Assembly: GCA_963830975.1 (NCBI GenBank)
Contig: CAWHOI010000004.1
Location: forward strand, 532,924-596,923
DNA: 64,000 bases
Reading direction: 5' to 3'
From: an uncultured Solirubrobacterales bacterium
Lineage (GTDB): Bacteria > Actinomycetota > Thermoleophilia > Solirubrobacterales > Solirubrobacteraceae
Below the pieces are notes generated by a model that did no database searches, was not told where the DNA came from, and saw only the letters and a list, made by a program, of their open reading frames with translations. Shown here piece by piece: positions 57,480 to 64,000 of this stretch; position 1 is the stretch's first letter, and the number at the start of each line of letters is the position of its first letter. Position numbers and translations under genes: made by a program.

Positions 57480-58525
57480 TCGAAGCGCTGGTCTCGCAGA
57501 TCGAGGAGCGCTTCGGCGAGCTGGGCCGCCAGATGGTCGATCCGGCCGTGATCGGCGACCGCCAGCGCAACGCCGAGGTGGGCCGCGCCTACAGCCAGCT
57601 CGAACCGGCCGCCCGTCTCGCCGCCGAGTGGCGCCACGCGTGCGACGACGCCGCCGGTGCCCAGGAGCTGCTCGACGACGGCGGCGAGGACGAGGAGCTG
57701 CGCACGCTGCTGAACGGCTCACGCGAGCGGATCGCCGAGCTCGAGGAGCAGATCCGCCTGGCGATGGTCTCGCGCGACCCCAACGACGACAAGCACGTGC
57801 TGGTCGAGATCCAGGGAGGCGCCGGCGGTGACGAGGCCGGGCTGTGGGCCGGCGACGTCTACCGCATGCTGACGCGCTACGCCGAGCGCCTCGGCTTCAC
57901 CGTCGAGCAGCTCGAGCTGGGGGAGGGCAAGTACACCTTCGCGATCAAGGGCGACGGCGCCTACTCGGTCTTCAAGTTCGAGGGCGGCACCCATCGCGTG
58001 CAGCGCGTGCCGGCGACCGAGTCGCAGGGCCGGATCCACACCTCGACCGCCACCGTCGCGGTGCTGCCGGAGGCGGAGGAGGTCGACGTGACCGTCGACC
58101 CGGCCGATCTGCAGATCGACGTCTACCGCTCGAGCGGGCCCGGCGGCCAGTCGGTCAACACGACCGACTCGGCCGTGCGCGTCACGCACCGCCCGTCCGG
58201 AATCGTGGTCGCGATGCAGGACGAGAAGTCCCAGCTGCAGAACAGGGAGAAGGCGCTGCGCGTGCTGCGAGCGCGCCTGTATGAGCGCGCGCTTGCCGAG
58301 CAGCAGGCGGCGGTCGCCGCCGATCGGCGCTCCCAGGTCGGCACCGGCGAGCGCGCCGAGAAGATCCGCACCTACAACTACGCCCAGCGACGCGTCACCG
58401 ACCACCGCATCAACCTCACCGTCTACAACCTCGACGCGGTCCTGGCGGGCGAGCTCGACGAGCTGACCGCCGCCCTGCAGGGCGAGGAGAGGCGCCGCCG
58501 GCTCGCCGAGCAGGCCGGCGAATGA
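57476..58525 (+). CDS. prfA: peptide chain release factor 1
   Basis: The GTG overlaps the upstream TGA (GTGA). [12 protein letters not shown] (RF1 PxT context) and [12 protein letters not shown] (GGQ). Confidence 0.95.
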   Translation: MIEALVSQIEERFGELGRQMVDPAVIGDRQRNAEVGRAYSQLEPAARLAAEWRHACDDAAGAQELLDDGGEDEELRTLLNGSRERIAELEEQIRLAMVSRDPNDDKHVLVEIQGGAGGDEAGLWAGDVYRMLTRYAERLGFTVEQLELGEGKYTFAIKGDGAYSVFKFEGGTHRVQRVPATESQGRIHTSTATVAVLPEAEEVDVTVDPADLQIDVYRSSGPGGQSVNTTDSAVRVTHRPSGIVVAMQDEKSQLQNREKALRVLRARLYERALAEQQAAVAADRRSQVGTGERAEKIRTYNYAQRRVTDHRINLTVYNLDAVLAGELDELTAALQGEERRRRLAEQAGE

Positions 58526-59361
58526 CCACGCTGGGCGCCGTCAGCGTGCGCGACGCGCTGGACGGCGCCGTCACGGCGATCGGCGCCGCAGGCTGCCCCA
58601 GCCCGCGTCTGGATGCGGAGCTGCTGCTCGCCGACGCGCTGGCGACCACGCGCGAGCGGCTCTACAGCGACCCCGACGCGCCGGTCGGCGGCGCCGCCGT
58701 GCGCACCTTCCAGTCGCACGTGCGCCGCCGCTCGGTTGACCGCGAGCCGGTGGCCTACATCGTCGGCCACCGCGACTTCCGCCGGCTGCGGCTGACCGTC
58801 GACTCCCGGGTGCTGGTTCCCCGGCCCGAGACCGAGCTGCTGGTCGAGCTGGCGCTCGAGCTGCCGCCTGGTGCGGCGGTACTGGACTGCTGCTGCGGCA
58901 GCGGGGCGGTCGCGCTCGCGCTCAAGGACGAGCGAGCCGACCTGCGCGTGAGCGGCTCCGACAACGATCCGGACGCGCTCGCGCTGGCCGCCGCCAACGC
59001 GGTGAGGTTGGGGCTGGACGTCTCGTGGCTGCTCGCGGACCTGCTCGTCGGGCTTGATGACGCCCACGACGCGATCGTCGCCAATCCGCCCTACGTCGAG
59101 CGTGCGGCGATCGAGACGCTCGAACCCGAGATCTCCCGCCACGAGCCCCGTCGCGCGCTCGACGGCGGAGCGAGCGGCCTCGATGTGATCGGCCGCCTGA
59201 TCGAGCAGGCCTCGCGCACGCGGGCCTCGACGCTGATCCTCGAGCACGGGGCGGGCCAGCAGCGGGCGGTCGCGGACCTCTGCGCACACGCCGGGTACAC
59301 GGAGGTCAGCCACCACCGCGACCTCGCGCAGACCGACCGCGCCGTGCGGGCGCGACGGTGA
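58522..59361 (+). CDS. prmC: release factor glutamine N5-methyltransferase
   Basis: ATGA overlap with prfA. LDCCCGSGAV (SAM-binding) and IVANPPYV (NPPY). Confidence 0.9.
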   Translation: MTTLGAVSVRDALDGAVTAIGAAGCPSPRLDAELLLADALATTRERLYSDPDAPVGGAAVRTFQSHVRRRSVDREPVAYIVGHRDFRRLRLTVDSRVLVPRPETELLVELALELPPGAAVLDCCCGSGAVALALKDERADLRVSGSDNDPDALALAAANAVRLGLDVSWLLADLLVGLDDAHDAIVANPPYVERAAIETLEPEISRHEPRRALDGGASGLDVIGRLIEQASRTRASTLILEHGAGQQRAVADLCAHAGYTEVSHHRDLAQTDRAVRARR

Positions 59362-59954
59362 GCGCCGGGGCGCCGGCTAAGGCCTCGCTCGCCGCCGTTA
59401 TCGCCGCCGGCGGGGTCGCCGTGCTGCCGACCGACACCGTCTACGGCGTCTGCGTCGACGCGGAGAACGCCGAGGCTGTGGCGCGCCTGCTGGCGCTGAA
59501 GGGCCGCGCCGCCGAGAAGCCCGCGGCGGTGGCGTTCTTCTCGCTGGCGGCGGCGCTCACGGCCCTGCCGGAGCTCGGCGAGCGAACGCGCGCGGCTGTG
59601 CGCTCGCTGCTGCCTGGTCCGCTGACGCTGCTGTTGCCGAATCCCGCGGGCCGCTTTCCCCTGGCCGGCGGGGAGCTGCTCGGGGTGCGCGTGATCGATG
59701 TCGGCCTCGACGCGGGCCGTCCGGTGCTGCTGACCAGCGCGAACCTGGCCGGCGGTCCGGACGTCCGCTCGCTCGACCAGCTCGCGCCGGAGATCCGCGC
59801 CGGCGCCGATCTGTCGATCGATCGCGGCGTGCTTCCGGGGACGCCCTCGACCGTCGTCGATCTCGGCTCCTTCGAGACCGCCGGTCGCTGGCGTATCGTG
59901 CGTCAGGGAGCCTTCACCCGGGCGGCGCTCGAGCGCGCGCTGGTAGGCTCGTGA
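59358..59954 (+). CDS. tsaC: L-threonylcarbamoyladenylate synthase (Sua5/YwlC/TsaC family)
   Basis: GTGA overlap with prm[33 protein letters not shown]. Confidence 0.85.
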   Translation: MSAGAPAKASLAAVIAAGGVAVLPTDTVYGVCVDAENAEAVARLLALKGRAAEKPAAVAFFSLAAALTALPELGERTRAAVRSLLPGPLTLLLPNPAGRFPLAGGELLGVRVIDVGLDAGRPVLLTSANLAGGPDVRSLDQLAPEIRAGADLSIDRGVLPGTPSTVVDLGSFETAGRWRIVRQGAFTRAALERALVGS

Positions 59955-59958
59955 GCCC

Positions 59959-61254
59959 ATGAGCGACGATCTTCCGGCCGACTTCTTCATGCGTCCGCTC
60001 GCCGAGGTCGACCCGGCGATCGCTGAGGCGCTGACGCACGAGCTCGAGCGCCAGCAGGACACCCTGGAGCTGATCGCGTCGGAGAACTTCGTCCCGCGGG
60101 CGGTGCTCGAATGCCAGGGCAGCGTGCTGACGAACAAGTACGCCGAGGGCTATCCCGGGAAGCGCTACTACGGTGGCTGCGAGTACATCGACGTCGTCGA
60201 GCAGCTCGCGATCGACCGTGCGAAGGAGCTGTTCGGGGCGGAGCACGCCAACGTACAGCCGCACTCCGGGGCGCAGGCCAACACCGCCGTCTACCACGCG
60301 CTGCTGGAGCCCGGCGACACGATCATGGGTCTCTCCCTGGCGCACGGCGGGCACCTCACGCACGGGATGAAGAAGAACGTGTCGGGTCGCCTGTACAACA
60401 TCGTCGCCTACGAGGTCGACCGCGAGTCGAGCCTGATCGACATGGACGAGGTGGCGCGCATCGCGCGCGAGCATCGCCCGAAGCTCCTGCTCGCCGGCTG
60501 GTCCGCCTACCCGCGCCGGCTCGACTTCGTGCGCTTCCGCGAGATCGCCGACGAGGTGGGAGCGCTGCTGATGGTCGACATGGCGCACTTCGCGGGGCTG
60601 GTCGCCGCCGGCCTGCATCCGAGCCCGGTCGAGGCCGGCGCCGACGTCGTGACCACGACCACCCACAAGACGCTGTGCGGGCCGCGCGGCGGCGCGATCC
60701 TCTGCCGGGAGCGCTACGCCAAGGAGATCGACTCCGCCGTGTTCCCGGGCCAGCAGGGCGGCCCCCTGGAGCACGTGATCGCGGCCAAGGCGGTCACCTT
60801 CAGGATCGCCGCGAGCGAGGGTTTCCGCGAGCGCCAGCGACGCACGATCGAGGGCGCGAAGGCGCTCGGCGAGTCGCTGCTGCGCGCCGGCAACGGCGTC
60901 AACGTGCTTACCGGCGGCACCGACGTCCACCTCGTGCTGGTCGACCTGCGGGAGAGCGAGTGCAGCGGCCAGGACGCCGAGGACCGCCTGCACGACATCC
61001 GCATCACCGTCAACCGCAACGCGGTGCCGTTCGACCCGCGTCCGCCGCGCGTGACCTCCGGGCTGCGGATCGGCTCGCCGGCGCTGACCACGCGCGGCCT
61101 GGGCCGCGAGGACTTCCTCGAGATCGGCGAGATCATCGGCGTGGCGCTCGGGCCGCAGTTCGAGGCGCGCCGCGACGAGCTGCTCGACCGCGTCGGCGCG
61201 ATCGTGGAGCGCTACCCTCTCTACGCCGAGTTGGCGACCCAGCCGGTGGGGTAG
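59959..61254 (+). CDS. glyA: serine hydroxymethyltransferase
   Basis: [37 protein letters not shown] (PLP Lys). Confidence 0.95.
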   Translation: MSDDLPADFFMRPLAEVDPAIAEALTHELERQQDTLELIASENFVPRAVLECQGSVLTNKYAEGYPGKRYYGGCEYIDVVEQLAIDRAKELFGAEHANVQPHSGAQANTAVYHALLEPGDTIMGLSLAHGGHLTHGMKKNVSGRLYNIVAYEVDRESSLIDMDEVARIAREHRPKLLLAGWSAYPRRLDFVRFREIADEVGALLMVDMAHFAGLVAAGLHPSPVEAGADVVTTTTHKTLCGPRGGAILCRERYAKEIDSAVFPGQQGGPLEHVIAAKAVTFRIAASEGFRERQRRTIEGAKALGESLLRAGNGVNVLTGGTDVHLVLVDLRESECSGQDAEDRLHDIRITVNRNAVPFDPRPPRVTSGLRIGSPALTTRGLGREDFLEIGEIIGVALGPQFEARRDELLDRVGAIVERYPLYAELATQPVG

Positions 61255-61303
61255 CCGCGGTCGCGCAACTCTTGCGCTTCTCTTGGGGTCTTGGTCTAGA
61301 CCT

Positions 61304-63205
61304 ATGACGATGTCTACAGCCGCCTCTCGACACCGTCTCCTCCTGCCGACCGTCCTGCTGGCGCTCGCAGTTGCGGCGTGGCTCGCCCCGGCGGCGGCGC
61401 GAGCGTCCGCGGCTCTTCCCCCGGTTGTCACGATCTCCCCGCTGCCGGGCACGCAGGACGCCTCGCCGACCACGCAGATCAGCTTCCTCGGCGTCGCGGC
61501 CGCCGATGTCACCGAGATCGTCGTTCACGGCTCGCTGAGCGGCACGCACAGCGGCAAGCTCGAGGCCTACTCGACGGGGACCGGTGCGAGCTACGTGCTC
61601 TACCGCGCTTTCGATCCCGGCGAGCAGGTCACGGTGAGCGCCGTGGAGACCGTGTCCGGCGCGCACCGCACGATCGGCACGAGCTTCACGATCGGGGTGC
61701 TGTACAGCGTTCCGCGACCCACCGGGCCCACCGGCAAGGCTGGCACGACCGGCAAGGCTGGCACGACCGGGACCACCGGAACCACCGGCACGACGGGCGC
61801 CACCGGCGCCACCGGCGCGACGGGGCCAACCCGAGTGCAGAGCTTCACCTCCCAGCCGACGCTGCACCCGCCGGCGGTCAGCGTCACCGGACCGGCGCCC
61901 GATCCCGCGCTCGGCGACGTCTTCCTCTCACCCGCCGAGGGCTCCCAGCAGCCGGGGGTGATGATCGTCAACCCGGAGGGGCAGCTGGTCTACTTCGACC
62001 CGGCGCCGGTGGGGGAGCAGTCCGAGGACGTGCGCGTGCAGCAGTATCTCGGCCAGACCGTGCTGACCTACTGGCAGGGCTGGATCGCGCTGGGTCACGG
62101 CATCGACGGCGTTGGCGTGATCGACAACACCGCCTACCGGCAGATCGCGCAGGTACGGGCGGGAAACGGCCTCTCGATGGACCTGCACGACTTCGAGCTG
62201 GAGCCCGGGGGAGTCGCCTGGATCACCGTGTTCGAGCCGGTCTATGAGAACCTCAGCGCCTACGGCGGCTCCTCCAAGGGTGTGATCGAGGACTGCGTCG
62301 TGCAGGAGATCGACGTCCGCACCGGGCTCGTGATGTTCGAGTGGCACGCGATCGGGCACGTGCCGCTGAGCAACTCCTACAGCGGCATCTCCCGCAGCTC
62401 CAGCTCGATCTGGGACTGGTTCCACATCAACTCGATCGACGTCGAGCCTGATCACAACATCCTGATCAGCTCCCGCAACACCTGGGCCGTCTACGAGATC
62501 GGGCACACCTACGGCGAGGTGCTCTGGACGCTCGGCGGGCGCCACAGCACATTCGCCCTGGGGCCGGACGTGCGCTTCGCCTGGCAGCACGACGCGACGC
62601 TGACCTCGTTCGGCTCGGTCGAGATCTTCGACAACGAGGCCACGCCGAAGATCGAGGGGCGCTCGCGTGGGATCGACGTGGCGCTTGATTTCAGCACCCA
62701 CACGGCCACGCTGGCGCACGAGTACGTCGATCCGTCGGAGAACGTCCTCTCGCCCAGCCAGGGCGACATCCAGCAGCTCGCCAACCGCGACGAGTTCGTG
62801 GGCTGGGGCCAGATCGGTCTGGCGTCCGAGTTCGCGCCGTCCGGCGCGCTCGACTTCCAGCTGAGCCTGCCGCCGCTGGTCGAGTCCTATCGCGATTTCC
62901 GTTTCCCCTGGAGCGCTCGCCCGGCCACGCCGCCGAGCGTCGTCGCAACGGCGGGGGGCGCCGCGGGAACGACGGCCCTCGCGGTCAGCTGGAACGGAGC
63001 GACCGGCGTGCTCGCCTGGCAGGTGCTCGCCGGCGCGAGCGCGACCGCGCTCGCGCCGGTCGGGGCTCCGGTCGCCAGCAGCGGATTCGAAACGCTGATC
63101 ACCGCCGCCACGAGCGCTCGCTACATCGAGGTGCGGGCGCTCGGCGCCGGCAACGCGGTCCTCGGCGCCTCCGCCGCCGTGCCCGTGACCGCGGCGCCCG
63201 CGTAG
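61304..63205 (+). CDS. secreted arylsulfotransferase-like (ASST / Arylsulfotran_2) beta-propeller protein with a collagen-like linker
   Basis: Signal peptide. DLHDFELEPGG..VQEIDVRTGLVMFEWH..WDWFHINSIDVEPDHNILISSRNTWAVYEI..VLWTLGG. Start is the ATG at 61304 or 61310; the track TTG at 61283 is less likely. Confidence 0.68.
   Translation: MTMSTAASRHRLLLPTVLLALAVAAWLAPAAARASAALPPVVTISPLPGTQDASPTTQISFLGVAAADVTEIVVHGSLSGTHSGKLEAYSTGTGASYVLYRAFDPGEQVTVSAVETVSGAHRTIGTSFTIGVLYSVPRPTGPTGKAGTTGKAGTTGTTGTTGTTGATGATGATGPTRVQSFTSQPTLHPPAVSVTGPAPDPALGDVFLSPAEGSQQPGVMIVNPEGQLVYFDPAPVGEQSEDVRVQQYLGQTVLTYWQGWIALGHGIDGVGVIDNTAYRQIAQVRAGNGLSMDLHDFELEPGGVAWITVFEPVYENLSAYGGSSKGVIEDCVVQEIDVRTGLVMFEWHAIGHVPLSNSYSGISRSSSSIWDWFHINSIDVEPDHNILISSRNTWAVYEIGHTYGEVLWTLGGRHSTFALGPDVRFAWQHDATLTSFGSVEIFDNEATPKIEGRSRGIDVALDFSTHTATLAHEYVDPSENVLSPSQGDIQQLANRDEFVGWGQIGLASEFAPSGALDFQLSLPPLVESYRDFRFPWSARPATPPSVVATAGGAAGTTALAVSWNGATGVLAWQVLAGASATALAPVGAPVASSGFETLITAATSARYIEVRALGAGNAVLGASAAVPVTAAPA
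61724..61831 (+). repeat. in-frame 9-bp repeat tract encoding 12 uninterrupted Gly-X-Y (mostly G-x-T) triplets
   Basis: GPT GKA GTT GKA GTT GTT GTT GTT GAT GAT GAT GPT. At the DNA level these are near-identical units (ggcaaggct ggcacgacc, twice; ggcgccacc, twice). Confidence 0.9.
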
Positions 63206-63238
63206 ACGGCCGCAACGACGGCCGCAACGACGCCCGCG
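63206..63238 (+). repeat. 12-nt tandem repeat, about 2.7 copies, immediately after the ASST stop codon
   Basis: ACGGCCGCAACG ACGGCCGCAACG ACGCCCGCG. Confidence 0.8.
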
Positions 63239-63282
63239 TCCAGCCGGGGCCGCCGCCGGCGTGCGATGCTTGCGCCGCGGCG

Positions 63283-64000
63283 ATGATTCCCTCACAGCTC
63301 GACGCGCTGTACGCGTTCTTGGCGGCGACCGCGATCGCCGCGCTGCTGACGCCCCTGACGATGCGGCTCGCCCGCCGCATCCGCGCGGTCGATCAGCCGC
63401 GCGAGCGCGGGCTCTCGGAACGCGAGACGCCGCTGCTCGGGGGGCTCGCCGTGTTCGCCGCCGTGGCCGTGGCGGGGGAGATCTGGCTGCGCGGCACGCG
63501 CCTGCCCCGCGAGCCGGCGGCGATTCGCCATCTGCTCGGCCACCATGTCATCCCGACCCACTTCCCCTGGGTGGGCATCCTCGCCGCGGGCGCGGTGATC
63601 ACGCTCGTCGGCGCACTCGACGACCGCTTCGACTTCCACCCCGCGGTCAAGCTGGGTGGCCAGATCCTGGCGGCGGTCGTGGCCGTGCGCGGCGGCGTCA
63701 ACGTCCCCTACATCACGCTGCCGTTCTTCGGGCATCTCGCGTTCCCGCAGGCCGGCCCGACGCTCACGGCGATCGGCCTGGTGGCGATGATGAATGTCGT
63801 CAACTTCTCCGACGGGGTCGACGGCTTGGCCGCCGGCGTCTGCGCGATCGTCGCTGCGGCGTTCGCGGTGATCGCGTTCAACCTCGACCAGAACGCGGGC
63901 GGCGTGCTCGCCGCGATCACTGCCGGCGCGGCGCTCGGCTTCCTCTTTCACAACTTCCCGCCCGCCTCGAGCTTCATGGGAGACGCCGGCTCGAACCTGC
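63283..64000 (+). CDS. GT4-family polyprenyl-phosphate N-acetylhexosamine-1-phosphate transferase (WecA/MraY-like), 3' end off the window
   Basis: It is absent from the track because no stop lies inside the window. My translation gives MIPSQLDALYAFLAATAIAALLTPL..VDQPRERGLSERETPLLGGLAV..GALDDRFD..MNVVNFSDGVDGLAAG..HNFPPASSFMGDAGSN. Its position after prfA-prmC-tsaC-glyA fits actinobacterial rfe/wecA synteny. Confidence 0.85.
   Translation, partial: MIPSQLDALYAFLAATAIAALLTPLTMRLARRIRAVDQPRERGLSERETPLLGGLAVFAAVAVAGEIWLRGTRLPREPAAIRHLLGHHVIPTHFPWVGILAAGAVITLVGALDDRFDFHPAVKLGGQILAAVVAVRGGVNVPYITLPFFGHLAFPQAGPTLTAIGLVAMMNVVNFSDGVDGLAAGVCAIVAAAFAVIAFNLDQNAGGVLAAITAGAALGFLFHNFPPASSFMGDAGSNL

Noticed and set aside
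61724-61831. A regular short-period repeat, considered as a CRISPR or non-coding VNTR
   Set aside because: The period is 9 bp and in frame, there are no spacers, and it encodes Gly-X-Y triplets inside a long ORF. It is a coding collagen-like tract, not a CRISPR array.
63292-63951. 219-aa minus-strand ORF
   Set aside because: It is antisense to the WecA/MraY-like gene, whose plus-strand translation shows the GT4 motifs.

Overview
This is a very GC-rich stretch of bacterial chromosome; I judged GC content by eye (third codon positions are almost all G/C) and did not compute it. Gene content and synteny look like Actinomycetota: an rpmE-DUF1385-prfA-prmC-tsaC-glyA-wecA block, a tkt/tal/zwf/opcA/pgl block, SigB/F-type partner-switching genes, and a c-di-AMP riboswitch in front of a cell-wall protein gene. 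A deep-branching actinobacterial class is only a guess. I call about 70 protein-coding genes, 1 riboswitch, a few promoters and terminator-like hairpins, and 5 small repeats. I see no rRNA, tRNA, CRISPR array, transposase or integrase. Gene blocks, left to right: (1) two PHP-family phosphoesterases, MscS, msrB and cspA. (2) A GT-C glycosyltransferase, LOG and rhodanese. (3) acyl-CoA dehydrogenase / zincin / thiolase. (4) An eight-gene minus-strand pentose-phosphate operon (glk-tkt-tal/pgi-gnd-zwf-opcA-pgl-phosphatase), divergent from glpX. (5) An RlpA-like gene with a riboswitch, divergent from sigA, followed by pilT. (6) HxlR, a 467-aa orphan, two ArsA/Get3-like ATPases, and a divergent parA-like gene translationally coupled to an ftsZ that carries a ~125-aa N-terminal extension. 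(7) meaB, DJ-1 and a DUF892 stress gene. (8) An MFS transporter. (9) A sigma-factor island with 2 SigB/F-like sigmas, 2 RsbW-like kinases and 1 STAS protein. (10) pepA, thiolase, a B12-binding subunit, etfBA and ETF-QO. (11) The translation-factor/glyA block, an arylsulfotransferase-like protein and wecA. The strongest leads are the parA-like/ftsZ module with a ParB-like peptide at the FtsZ N-terminus, and an array of three perfect 24-bp palindromes showing compensatory arm changes between the kinase and sigma genes. All functions are assigned from motifs I recognise by eye. Many start codons are uncertain. Most long Arg/Ala/Gly-rich ORFs in the track are frame or antisense shadows of real genes.
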